Assembly: GCF_964213995.1 (NCBI RefSeq) | Contig: NW_027590255.1 | Span: 310,001 to 374,000, forward strand | DNA from: Mustelus asterias | Lineage: Eukaryota | Length of the DNA: 64,000 nt | Direction: 5' to 3' | In this document: positions 36,575 through 49,420 of the stretch, in pieces | Layout: every line of letters starts with the position of its first letter | Numbering within the stretch: position 1 is the stretch's first letter | Translations under genes and position numbers: made by a program | Notes under the pieces: model-generated | What the model saw: the letters and a program-made list of their open reading frames with translations, nothing else | Told to the model about the DNA's origin: nothing | Databases searched by the model: none

Positions 36575-39430
36575 TTTGATTTACTGTTGTCACATGTATT
36601 GGCATACTGTGAAAAGTATTTTTTCTTGTGCGCTATACAAGCAAAGCATACCATTCATAGAGTACATGGGGAGAAAGAAATGACAGAGTGCAGAATGTAG
36701 TGTTACATTCATAACTATTCTGCAGCAAAAGATCAATATAAGATAGGTCCATTCAAAAGTCTGATGGCAGCAGGGAAGATGCGGTTCTTGAGTTGGTTGG
36801 TACATGATCTCAGATGTTTGTATCTTTTTCCTGTTGAAAGAAGATGGATGAGAGAATGTCCGGGGTGCATGGGGGTCTTTGATTATGCTGGCTGCTTTTC
36901 TGACGTGATGGGAAGTGCAGACGGAGTCAATGGATGGGAGGCTGATTTGTGTGATGGACTGCGCTACTATAAGAACTGTTCGTAGTTTAAGGCGGTCTTG
37001 GTAAGAGCAGGAGCCATACCAAGCTGTGATACATCTGGAAAGGGTATTTTCTTTGGTGCATCTGAAAAACTTGGTGAGAGTCATAGCGGAAATCATAGAA
37101 ATTATAGAAACCCGACAGTGCAGAAAGAGGCCATCTGGCCCATCGAGTCTGCACCGACCACAATCCCACCCAGGCCCTACCCATATCCCTACACATTTCC
37201 CTCTAACCTACACATCTCAGGACACTAAGGGGCAATTTTAGCATGGCCAATCAACCTAACCCGCACATCTTTGGACTGTGGGAGGAAACCGGAGCACTCA
37301 GAGGAAACCCACGCAGACACGAGGAGAATGTGCAAACTCCACACAGGCAATGCTGAATTTCCTTAGCCTCCTGAGAAATTAGAGGTCTTACTTAACTATA
37401 GTGTCAGCGTGGAAGGACCAGGACAAGTTATTGGTGATCTCAACACCCAGAAACCTGAAGCTCTCGACAATTTCCATTTCACCCCCATTGATGTAGACAG
37501 GGACATGTCCTCCACTCTGCTTCCTGAAGTTAATGACAATCCCCTTTGTTTGGTTGACATTGAGGGAGAGATTATTGTCATTGCACTAATTTACCAGATT
37601 CTCTATCTCATTCCTATAGTCCGTCTCATCATTGTTTGAGATCCGACCCACTATGGTGGTATCATCAGCAAACTTAAAAATAGATTTGAAGCGGAATTTG
37701 GCCACACAGTCATAAGTGTATAAGGAGCATCGTCAGGGGTTGAGGATACAGCCTTGTGGGGCACTGGTGTTGAGAATAATCATGGAGGAGGTGTCGTTGC
37801 TTATCTTTACTACTTGCGGTCTGTGGGTTAAGAAGTCTAGGATGCAGTCGCAGAGGGAGGAACCAAGCCCTAGCCATGGTGTTTGAAGATGGGTTTTGTA
37901 GGAATAATGGTGTTGAAGGCTGAGCTGTAATCAATAAATGGGAATCTGACATGGGTCTTTGTTATCTAGGTGTTCCAGGGTTGAGTGTACGGTCAGGGAG
38001 ATGGCATCTACTGTGGACCTGTTGCAGCAGTAGGTGAACTGTCGTGGATCCAGGCAATCTGGGAGACTGGAGCTGATCCGTGCCATGACTAACCTTTCGA
38101 AGCAGTTCATAATGATGGATGTCAGAGCTACCAGGCAATAGTCATGAAGGCACGATGCCTGGCTTTTCTTTGGTAGAGGGATGATGTCATCTTCTTGAAG
38201 CAGATAGGGACCTCAGATTGGTGAAAGGAGAGGTTAAAGATGTCTGCGAATACCCCTGCCAGCTGGTCCACGCTGGATCTAAGTGCCTGTCCCCGTACCC
38301 CATCCAGGTCAGTCGCTTTCCGTGGGTTAACTTTCAAGAAGGCTGATCTGAAGTCTGTGATGGTGACCTCGGATACAGGTTCGGCCAAGGCTTTCAGAGT
38401 GGAGGGCATCCTCTCTCTTCCTCAAAACAGACATAGAATGCATTGAGCCCATCAGGGAGAGGGGCATTGTCGCTGGCAATTCGACATGCCTTCATCTGGT
38501 AGCCTGTTTTGCCTTTCAGACCTTACCATAAACGGTGGGAGTCCATGTGGCGAGCCTCGGACTCTAGCCTGGTCCGGTACTGGCACTTGGCATCTTTGAT
38601 GGTTCCCTGTAGGTCACATCTGGATTTCTTTACAGTTCAGGGTCCCCTGACTGGAACCCCTCGGACCTGGACTTCAGGAAGCAGTGGATATCCCTGTTCA
38701 TCCATGCTTTCCGGTTGGGAAAAACATGGATTTGCTTCTTTGGCTCAGTCTTCTATGCAATGACTAAGGAAGTCAGTTACTGTAGTGACGTACTCATTCA
38801 AGTGCTTATCTGAGGCCGCTGTACGGTCCATTCGGTGGATGGAGAAGCCCTGAGGTTGTAGGGCACTGTCCGGTGAAGCAGGTGTGGTCTGTGTCTCCGT
38901 GAAACAGAGCACACAGCAGTCTCTCAGTTCCCTTTGAAAAGTGAGTCTGGTTTTAAGTTCATCTAGATTGTGTTCCAGAGATGGAACATTTGCCAGGAGT
39001 AAGCTGGGGAGGGGGGCCTTGGAACCACATTGTTTCAGTCTCACCTGCAAGCCTGCGCGTTTCCCACGCTTCCTGGGGTGGCTGCTTCCTGTCGTGCCTG
39101 TGAGACGGTGTTTAGTCTGTGGGATCAAGGGTGTAGCTGTATCCTGTTTCCGCTTTGGTTGGTGTGTGGGTGGAGGATTTGTTGCCATGGTCACGGTTCC
39201 TGCGTCGGCAGTCGGGTCTGAGCGGTTGGGAGTTCCGGGTCGCTGTCGGGCTGCGGTTTGAGTTTGGAGGGTGTTCACACCACACTCCGCCGTGGACGGG
39301 TTGAAGGCCGGTTAGTGGATGGGGTCTCCGGGGTCACGGCTGGGTCCACGTGTTCGGGTTCTCCGGGTCACTGCCAGGTCGGGGTCTCCCTTCCGAGGTC
39401 AGAGGATCTTTGGTCTTGCAAATAAATTTA
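36575..39430 (-). mobile_element. Rex1/Babar-clade LINE, degenerate, with HE1-like SINE at 37093-37346
   Basis: RKRGKRAG...LLANV...CVLCFTET (APE N-terminus); KVNPRKA...DQLAGVFADIFNLS; aaatc tail. Confidence 0.8.
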
Positions 39431-40193
39431 AAAGAGCAGTTTTAGTAATTTATAAATCTCAGTATATAATCATAATGAACATCCACAAAGGAACCCCAGT
39501 GATACAAACATTGTCAATGTGTGACTGCAGGCCTCAGTGTCTGTGTACGAGATGCATGATCAGTGGCGGTAGGTGCTATGACAATTCAATGACATTCAGA
39601 TAGAACTGAAACCCTGCACTGCTCCATGAATGGGATAACCGGATGGAGCAGGGACATTTGTAATGTTCATATTTCCATTCATTGCTCCCGTGTGATTAAC
39701 CAGATCGTAATCAAAACCAAACAGTCTCTGTTTAAAATGTGTCCATCCTCGTTCTCACCTGGTGCCTGCAAGAGCTGCTCTTTGTCTAACTCCCCACATC
39801 CTGACTGTCTGCCTCTGCTTCCAATCTTCACTATCCAATAACAGACAACCAGGGGAGACTGGAATTAGAGTCATTACCGTATGGAAGGAGGCCATTCGCC
39901 ACATCCAGTCCATGCTGGTTCTCCATGGAGCAATCCAGTCAGTCCCATTCTCCAGCTCTACCCCCATAGCCGACAAGTTTATTTCCCTCAAATGTCCCTC
40001 CAAATTCCTCTTTGAAATAATTCATCATCTCAGCTTCCAACCTCAGAGACAGCAACTTCCAGGTTGTCACTCGCTGCATGAGAAGTTCTTCCACACATCC
40101 CCCCAGTATGTCTTCCAAAACCTTCAACTTGTGCCCCCTCGTCCTTAAACTATCAGTGATTGGGATTAGCTTTTCTTTGTCTACCTGAACCAC

Positions 40194-41204
40194 GATGTGG
40201 AGATGCCGGCGTTGGACTGGGGTAAACACAGTAAGAAGTTTAACAACACCAGGTTAAAGTCCAACAGGTTTATTTGGTAGCAAAAGCCACACAAGCTTTC
40301 GAGGCTCTGAGCCCCTTCTTCAGGTGAGTGGGAATTCTGTTCACAAACAGAACTTATAAGACACAGACTCAATTTACATGAATAATGGTTGGAATGCGAA
40401 TACTTACAACTAATCCAGTCTTTAAGAAACAAAACAATGGGAGTGGAGAGAGCATCAAGACAGGCTAAAAAGATGTGTATTGTCTCCAGACAAGACAGCC
40501 AGTGAAACTCTGCAGGTCCACGCAACTGTGGGAGTTACAAATAGTGTGACATAAATTCTGATTCTAGGATCGCATGATAAAGACTCAGGAGGAAAAAAGC
40601 AGAAATATTTATGTGAAATAGTGTGACATAAACCCAATATCCCGGTTGAGGCCGTCCTTGTGTGTGCGGAACCTGGCTATCAGTTTCTGCTCCGCGACTC
40701 TGCGCTGTCGTGTGTCGCGACACACGACAGCGCAGAGTCGCGGAGCAGAAACTGATAGCCAGGTTCCGCACACACAAGGACGGCCTCAACCGGGATATTG
40801 GGTTTATGTCACACTATTTCACATAAATATTTCTGCTTTTTTCCTCCTGAGTCTTTATCATGCGATCCTAGAATCAGAATTTATGTCACACTATTTGTAA
40901 CTCCCACAGTTGCGTGGACCTGCAGAGTTTCACTGGCTGTCTTGTCTGGAGACAATACACATCTTTTTAGCCTGTCTTGATGCTCTCTCCACTCCCATTG
41001 TTTTGTTTCTTAAAGACTGGATTAGTTGTAAGTATTCGCATTCCAACCATTATTCATGTAAATTGAGTCTGTGTCTTATAAGTTCTGTTTGTGAACAGAA
41101 TTCCCACTCACCTGAAGAAGGGGCTCAGAGCCTCGAAAGCTTGTGTGGCTTTTGCTACCAAATAAACCTGTTGGACTTTAACCTGGTGTTGTTAAACTTC
41201 TTAC
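40194..41204. mobile_element. Penelope-derived fold-back: perfect 974-bp palindrome (40231-41204) plus 37-bp tail, TSD-flanked
   Basis: Centre tcg|cga at 40717/40718; identical mirrored ORFs in the track; tacctgaaccac at 40182-40193 and 41202-41213. Confidence 0.92.
41104..41148 (+). ncRNA. Minimal type I hammerhead-like motif (mirror copy 40287-40331, minus)
   Basis: CAC-CUGAAGA-A-GGGGCU/CAG/AGCCUC-GAAA-GC-UU-GUG. Confidence 0.65.
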
Positions 41205-41599
41205 CTGAACCACACCAGCCATAATCCTGTCCACCTCTATCAGATCTCTCTCTCAATCTGCTTTGCTCCAAAAAGATCAACCCCAGCTTCTGCAACCTAA
41301 CTTTGTGGCTAAAACCCCTCATTGCTGAAACCATTCTGGTCAATCTCCTCTGCACCCGCTGAACCACCGTCACATGTTTCCTCAAGTGTGCTGAGCAGAA
41401 CTGGACTCAATGCTTCAGCTGTGATCCAATCAGAGTTTTCAAAAGGCTCAGCATAACTTGCATGATTCTGTACTCAATGCCTGTGTCCTCATGGAGAGGG
41501 TCACTCATGTGGACGAGGAGGGTTTGAACTAAACTGGCAGGGGGATGGGCACCATTATATAGAATGGAAAAGAGGAATATCTAGAGAAAGAACAAAAAT

Positions 41600-43238
41600 C
41601 ACCGGCTCCAACGCACGCCTCCCTGATGAGCTCAATGCATTCTGTGCCTGCTCTGAGCAAGAGGTCAGCGAGAGCACGCCCTCCACCCTGGAATCCTGAG
41701 ATGAATCTGTATCTGAGGTCACCATTGCAAATGTCAGAGCAGCTTTCTCAGAGGTCAACCCAAGGAAAGTGACTGCCTCGGATGGGGTACCCGGACGAGC
41801 ACTCAGATCCTGCATGGATCAGCTGGCAGGGGCATTCGCAGACATCTTCAACCTCTTTTTACAACAATCTCAGGTCCCTACCTGCTTTAAGACGACGACC
41901 ATCATCCCAGTACCAAAGAAAAGCTAAGCAGCGTGCCTCAATGACCATTATCCAGTGGCTCAGACATCCATCATTAAGAAGTGCATTGAAAGATCATGGC
42001 ACAAATCAATTCCAGCCTCCCAGACTATCTGGATGCACTACAGTTCGCCTACCAGCGCAACAGGACACAGCAGACGCCATCTCCCTGCCCCTGCACTCAG
42101 CCCTGGAACACCTAGATAACAAAGACACTTACAGCAGACTTCTATTTATTGACTACAGCTCAGCCTTCAACACCAATATTCCTACAAAACTCATCTCCAA
42201 ACTCCGTGGCCTGGACCTCGGCTCCTCTCTCTGCGACTGGATACTGAACTTCCTAACCCACAGACCACAATCAGAAAGGATAAGCAACAACACCTCCTTC
42301 ACGATCATCCCCAACACTGGTGCCCCACAAGGCTGTGTTCTCAGCCCCCTACTATACTCCTGATACACCTGTGACTGTGTGGCCAAATTCCGCTCCAATT
42401 CGATTTTCAAGTTTGCTGACGGCACCACCGCAGTGGGCCGGATCGCAATCAATGATGAGAGAGTTCAGGAACGAGATAGAGAATCTGGTGAACTGGTGCG
42501 GTGACAATAATCTGTCCCCCAATGTCAACAAAATGAAGGAGATTGTCATCTACTTCAGGAAGCATAAGAGAGAACATGCCCCTGTCTACATTAGCGGGGA
42601 CGAAGTAGAAATGGTCGAGAGCTTCATGTTTTTAGGTGTCCAGATCACCAACAACCTGTCCTGGTCCCCCTCATGCCGACACTATAGTTAAGAAAGCACC
42701 ACCAACGTCTATACTTTCTCAGCAGACTAAAGAAATTTAGCACATCAGCTACGACTCTCACCAACTGTTCGAGATGCACCATAGAAAGCATTATTTCTGG
42801 TTGTATCACAACTTGGTTTGGCTCCTGCTCTGCCCAAGACTGCAAGAAACTACAAAATGTTGTGAATGTAGCCCAATCCATCACGCAAACCAGCCTCCCA
42901 TCCATTGACTCTGTATACACTTCCTGCTGCCAGCCAGCAGAATTCAGGACCCCACTCACCCCGGACATTATCTCTTCCACCTTCTTCCGTTGGGAAAAAG
43001 ATAGAAAAGTCTGAGGTCACGTACCAACCGACTCAAGAACAGTTTCTTCCCTGCTGCTGCCAGACTTTTGAATGGACCTACCTTGCATTAAGTTGATCTT
43101 TCTCTACACCCTAGCTATGACTACATTCTGCACTCTCTCCTTTACTTCTCTATGAAAGGTATGCTTTGTCTATATAGCGCACAAGAAACAGTAATTTTCG
43201 CTGTATACTCATACACGTGAAAATAATAAATCAAATCA
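41600..43238 (+). mobile_element. Rex1/Babar-clade LINE, RT and 3' end
   Basis: [31 protein letters not shown]; aataaatcaaatc tail. Confidence 0.85.
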
Positions 43239-43321
43239 TATAAGGTAGGAGTAGATGAAGAAGGAATCTCAGTGGAATACAAGGATAGGTTTGGAAAGCA
43301 TGTGTGTAATCACACAAAGTG

Positions 43322-44570
43322 TCATCGAGTCAGAGGTTTACAGCATGGAAACAGGCCCTTTGGCCCAACTGGTCCATACCACCCCGTTTTTTAACCCCCT
43401 AATCTAGTCCCAATTGCCTGCATTTGGCCCATATCCCTCTATACCTATGTTACCCATGTAACTGTCTAAACACTTCTTAACAGACAAAATTGTACCCACC
43501 TCTACTACTACTGTGGCAGCTTGTTCCAGACACTTATCACCCTCTGGGTGAAAAAATTGCCCCTCTGGACTCTTTTATATCTCTCCCCTCTCACCTTAAA
43601 CCTATGCCCTCTCGTTTTAGACTCCCCTACCTTTGGGAAAAGATATCGACTATCTAGCTGCTCGATGCTCCTCATTATTTTATAACACTCTATAACATCA
43701 CCCCTCAGCCTTGTACGCTTCAGAGAAAAACGTCTCAGTCTATCCAGCCTCTCCTTATAATTCAAGCCATCAAGTCCCGGTAGCATCCTATAAATCTTTT
43801 CTGCACTCTTTCTTATTTAATAATATCCTTTCTATAATGTGACCAGAACTGTACACAGTATTCCAAGTGTGGCCTGATCAATAGAACCATAGAACCATAG
43901 AAAATTACAGCTCAGAAACAGGCCTTTTGGCCCTTCTTGTCTGTGCCGAACCATTTTTTGCCTCGTCCCACTGACCTGCACTTGGACCATATCCCTCCAC
44001 ACCCCTCTCATCCATGAACCCGTCCAAGTTTTTCTGAAATGTTAAAAGTGACCCCGCATTTACCACTTTATCCGGAAGCTCATTCCACACTCCCACCACT
44101 CTCTGCGTGAAGAAGCCCCCCCTAATATTCCCTTTAAACTTTTCTCCTTTCACCCTTAACCCATGCCCTCTTGTACAACTTCGACAAGACGTCCCAATGT
44201 CTTGTACAATTTCAAATACCCAATGTCTTGTACAACTTCAACAAGACGTCCCAACTCCTGTATTCAATATTCTGACCAGTGAAACGAAGCATGCTGAATG
44301 TCTTCTTCACCATTCTGTCCACCTGTGTCTTCACTTTCAAGGAGCTATGAACCTGTACCCCTAGATCTCTTTGTTCTATAACGCTCCCCAACTCCCTACT
44401 ATTAACTGACTAAGTCCTGCCCTGGTTCGATCTACCAAAATGCATCACCTTGCATTTGTCGAAATTAAACTACATCTGCCATTCGTCAGCCCACTGGCCC
44501 AATTGATCACAATCCTGTTGCAATCCTAGATAACCTTCTTCACTGTCCACTATGCCAGCAATCTTGGTAA
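43322..44570 (-). mobile_element. CR1 3' portion with a nested second CR1 tail (~43882-44170)
   Basis: ORFs 43508-43786 and 43905-44153 are both CR1 C-termini. Confidence 0.8.
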
Positions 44571-45164
44571 CATAGTGGACAGTGTGGTGAATAAGGTTGG
44601 TGAGTTAGAAGCACAAATAGCCACATAGGAACACAAGAGAGTGTCAATGTTGAAAATGTGGTCTGGAAATGGAGAGAACCGGGCGATTACTATTCAATAC
44701 AATGTGAACAGAAAAGAGAGAAGGGTAAAAGGTAGGTGTGGTGAGGAGGAAATAGAGCAGCAAATCTATAGGCAGATCATGCATTGTAGATACAGAATTA
44801 ATTCCATTCTCACACAGACTGACAGGGAGGTTGACCACATGATCCAAGTGTCTGGAGGTGGTCACTTGAGTAACAGTGATCATTGTATCACAAGCTTGAT
44901 ATTAGCAAGGAACAATCTAAAGTAGCACTTCTGAATGGGAAGAGGACTAACCTCAATGGGAGGAGCTGGAATTGAGCCAGAGTAAACTGGAGCCAAAATC
45001 TGACAGGAAAAGCTGTCACAGAACAATGGGTGATCTTTCAGGAGATGTTTCAGGTACAGACTCGGTACATTCTAATCAGGGTGAAAGGGAGGGGAACCAA
45101 AGCCAGGGCTCCTTGGAGGATGAGGAAGATAGAAAGTATAATGAAACAATGAAGAGGCCATTTG

Positions 45165-46375
45165 ATTGAGTTTGTTGAAGGGGTAACCAAGAAGGTAGAT
45201 GAGGGCAGTGCAGTTGATGTTGTCTACATGGACTTTAGCAAGGCCTTTGACAAGGTACCGCATGGTAGGTTGTTGCATAAGGTTAAATCTCACGGGATCC
45301 AGGGTGAGGTATCTAATTGGATACAAAATTGACTTCTTGACAGAAGCCAGATGGAGGTTGTAGAGAGTTGTTTTTCAAACTGGAGGCCTGTGACCAGCGA
45401 TGTGTCTCAGGGATCTGTGCTAGGTCCACTGTTATTTGTCATTTATATTCATGATTTGATGAGAATATATGAGGAATGGTTAGTAAGTTTGCAGATGACA
45501 CTACGATTGGTGGCAGAGTGGACAGTGAAGAAAGTGATCTCCAATTGCAAGGGGATCTTGATCAATTGGGCCAGTGGGCTGACGAATGGCAGATGGAGTT
45601 TAACTGCGAGGTGATGCATTTTGGTAGATTGAACCAGGGCAGGACTGACTCAGTTAATAGTAGGACATTGGGGAAAGTTACAGAACAAAGAGATCTAGGG
45701 GTACATGTTCATAGCTCCTTGAAAGTGGAGTCACAGGTGGACAGAGTGGTGAAGAAGGCATTCGGCATGCTTGTTTTCATTGGTCAGAACACTGAATACA
45801 GGACTTGGAAAGTCTTGTTGAAGTTGTACAAAACATTGGTAAAGCCACACTTGGAATACTGTGTGCAATTCTGGTCACCCTATTTTAGAAAGGATATTAT
45901 TAAACTAGAAAGAGGGTAGAAAATATTTACTAGGATGCTACCGGGACTTGATGGATTGAGTTATAAGAAGATGCTGGATAAACTGGGACTTTTTCTTCTG
46001 GAGCATAGGTGGTGATCTTATAGAGGTCTATAAAATAATGAGGTGCCCAGATCAGATGGATAGTCTATATCTTTTCCCAAAGGTAGGGGAGTCCAAAACT
46101 AGAGGGGAGAGATACAAAAGTGTCCAGAGGGGCAATTTTTTCACACAGAGGATGGTGAGTGTCTGGAACAAGCTGCCAGAGGTAGTAGTAGAGGCGGGTA
46201 CAATTTTGTCTTTTAAAAAGCATTTAGATAGTTACATGGGTACAATGGGTATAGAGGGATATGGGCCAAATGTGGGCAATTGGGATTACCTTGACTTTGT
46301 TTTTTAAAAAAAGGGCGGCATGGACAAGTTTGGCCGAAGGGCCTGTTTCCATGTTGTAAACCTCTATGACTCTAT
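45165..46375 (+). mobile_element. CR1 3' portion
   Basis: VYMDFSKAFD, SKFADDT, PHLEYCVQFWSP; tail. Confidence 0.85.
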
Positions 46376-46419
46376 GCATATCAGAAGAATTCTTCAAGTG
46401 AGAACCATTAGAGTGTGGA

Positions 46420-47230
46420 ATTCACACTCTATCTGTCCATCTCTGTTACTGTATGAGAATGTGGAGTTAACTCATTCCCACTATCTGTCAATCTGTACAT
46501 GAGAGCACGATTCACTCTGTCAGTCTCTGTTACTGTATCTCAGGGTGGAACGACAGTGAATTTCTTCCTGTCAGTTTATTTGAGGATGGATTAATTCTCT
46601 GATGTGTCAGCCTGTATTCGTGCAGGTGAGTGTGGAATTAAATTGATTCGCCAGTCTCAGTTCCTGTGTTTCAGTTTGCAATTACCTCTCTTGGGGCATC
46701 TTGACAAGTACATGAATGAGATGGGAATAGAGGGATATGGTCCCCAGAAGCGTAGGGGGTTTTAGTTAAATCAGGCAGCATGGTTGGTGCAGGCTTGGAG
46801 GGCCGAAGGGCCTGTTCCTGTGCTATAATTTTCTTTGTTCTCTGTCCTACCCTGGGGGTTGATTTGCTCAGTTGGCTGGACAGCGGGACCGTGATGCAGA
46901 GTAACCCCAACAGCGTGAGTTCATATTCCTGTACCAGCTGAGGATATTCATGAAAGGAGAGAGCAGCCTATGATCATCTGGGACTGTGCTGAATTTAGCC
47001 ATTACCTTTCTGTCCATCTTTGTTAGCGTATGTGAATATAGAATTAATTCTGTATCTGTTATTCTGCATTACTGTATGTGAATGGGGCATTAACACTGTT
47101 CATCTCTGATTTGCACATGAAGCTGGAATTAACTCTTCTCTATTCTTTATCCTTTACTGCAGTGTGGCATTAACACTCTGTCAATCTCTATTACTGTGTG
47201 TAGATGTGGAATTGACTCAATCAATTGATA
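46420..47230. repeat. Degenerate inverted copy of the 11.2-13.8 kb satellite (CR1 tail at ~46690-46842)
   Basis: Repeated tctctgttactgt...gtggaattaa motifs. Confidence 0.6.
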
Positions 47231-49241
47231 ATAATGTCTGTGTCAGTGTCTGATAGTGCATGGAAGTGGGTCACTGTCAGCTTAGCAAACTGCAGCGAGT
47301 GGAGGCTGATTCCTGAGATGAAGGAGTTCTCTTATGAGGAAAAATTAAACAAGTCTGGCCAATTTTCAGTGGAGAAGAATGAGCGAGGATCGTACTAAAA
47401 CATATAAGATTCTCAAGGGCTTGACAGTGTAGATGCTGAGTGGGATGTTGCAATGTGTAGGGGGAAACTGGAACTAGAGGCACAGTTTAAAGATAAAGCA
47501 TCTCCAATTTAAGATGGAGATTAGGAGGAATTACTTATTTTAAGGGAACCTTAATTTTTGTCATTGAATAGATTCAATCTTGAGTTAGACAGATTTTTGA
47601 GCTACAAGAGAATCAAGGGTTATGGGGACAGGTACTGAAGTGGAGTTGAGGCCACAATCAGATCAGCCATGATCTTTCTGAATGGCAGAACAGGCCTGAT
47701 GGGCTGAATGGCCTTCTCCTGCTCCTTTTTCTTATGTTCTGATAGTGTGTGTGTGGGACTAACTCTTTTTCTCAGTCTCTGTTACAGTTTTCAGTGTGGA
47801 ATTAACTCAGTCTGATACTGCATATCAATGTGGAATTGATTCTCTGTCCAACACTTATTGTATGTGAGTGTGCAATGTTTCTTTAACTGCACAAGACACA
47901 GTTAATGATCTTTGATCAGAAGTGTTTTGACCCTACTGCTCTCAAATTTACTCAGAATTAAACCCATCACTTTCTCCTGCTTCTACAGACCAAAGTCACC
48001 CAAACAAAAACATACCTTCACAGAAACTGAGGGGCCGAATTCCAAAACCAACATCCAGCTTGATTCAAAATCGCTCTTAATTTGTCTATTTCAGGCCTCA
48101 GTTTTCTGAGCAACAGCTGCAATAATTCACAGGTGAAATCATGTGGACGCTGGACATCTGAAACAAGGTGAAAATTCTGGAATACACAACAGGTCAGGCA
48201 GCATCTGTGGAGAGAGAAACAGAGTTCATGTTTCAGCTCACTGACAATCAGCCTACAATAAACTACTTGCTGATATCTGCTCATAGCGGTCACAGTTCCC
48301 ACATGAGGAGGTAATGGTGTAGTGGTATTGTCACTGACTAGTGACCCAGAGATCCAGTGCAATTCAATGGGACCTGATTATCACCTCAGCACAGTGTGCA
48401 ATTTGAGCTCAATTAAAATCTGGAATTAAAGGTCTAATGATGGCCATGTTGTAAAAACCCATTTGGTTCACTGATACCCCTTTAGGAAAGGAAACCCACC
48501 CACATTACCTGTTCTGGCCTCCCTGTGACTCCAGACCCACAGTATGTTTTTGACTCTTTAATGCCGTCTGAAATGGCCTAACAAGCCACTCAGTTCAAGG
48601 GAAATTAGTGCAATAAATGCTGGCCAAGCCAGTGATGAACACATCACATGAATGAAAACAATTCTCTGCGCCCCAGAAAGCGCTCTATCCAACACACTGA
48701 CTTGCCCAGGCACTGAGAGTGGGCACGCTCCCCAGGGGCAGCTGCAGGACAATCGGTGCAGGAACTTTCCCCACTGCCACTTGTCTCCCATTCCACCAAG
48801 CTGCCTGTGTCCTTTTGAAGTTTCCCACTTTCCCCCTCACAGCTGCCAATGCCTCCAAGTTTGGTGGCGTGTGGAAATGTTGAGCTTGTGTCCTGTACAC
48901 CAAGGTGTGTGTCATTAATATATATCAGGAAGAGCAGGGCTCCTAACACCGAGCCCTGGGGAACTCCACTGGAAACCTTCCTCCAGTCTGAAACACAACC
49001 ATTAACCACTGCTCTCTGTTTCCTCTCACTCACACTGTTCCATATGGGGCGGTGAGGATGGCCTCGCTGCACCATCCGCTTCATGGTGCCGCTCCCCCAG
49101 CTCCCTCGCTGCACGTCCGCCGCGCATGCTCCGCGCAGACATGCGGTTTCCGAGGACGCGGCCGAACGGCAGCTGCGCCGTGCGGACCATTCTGAATGAG
49201 ATCGACCGTATTCACCCGCGCGCTGTATCCTGGGTTAGTTA

Positions 49242-49420
49242 TGGTGTTGAAATGCCGGCGTTGGACTGGGTTAAATACAGTAAGAGTTTTAACAACACCA
49301 GGTTAAAGTCCAACAGGTTTATTTGGTAGCAAATGCCATTAGCTTTCGGAGCGCTGAAAGCTAATGGTATTTGCTGCCAAATAAACCTGTTGGACTCGAA
49401 CCTGGTTTTAATTAAACTCT
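49242..49420. mobile_element. Penelope-derived mini fold-back with 14-bp TSD
   Basis: tcctgggttagtta at 49228-49241 and 49421-49434; arms fold at ctttcggagcgctgaaag. Confidence 0.85.

Larger units (their letters stand above)
39860..41480 (-). mobile_element. Old CR1 3' portion split by the Penelope palindrome
   Basis: VQRRLTRM...KLGL on the right, TRGHKLKV on the left. Confidence 0.65.

Noticed and set aside
40455-40980. Pairs of identical ORFs on opposite strands
   Set aside because: Direct consequence of the palindrome, not genes
36575-43238. Whole window mirrored about the 40717 palindrome
   Set aside because: Symmetry ends at 40231/41204; the flanking Rex copies are not equidistant, and the large duplication is centred near 29-32 kb
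43322-46375. Inverted pair of similar CR1 3' portions as one composite element
   Set aside because: Different truncation points and many differences; better read as independent insertions
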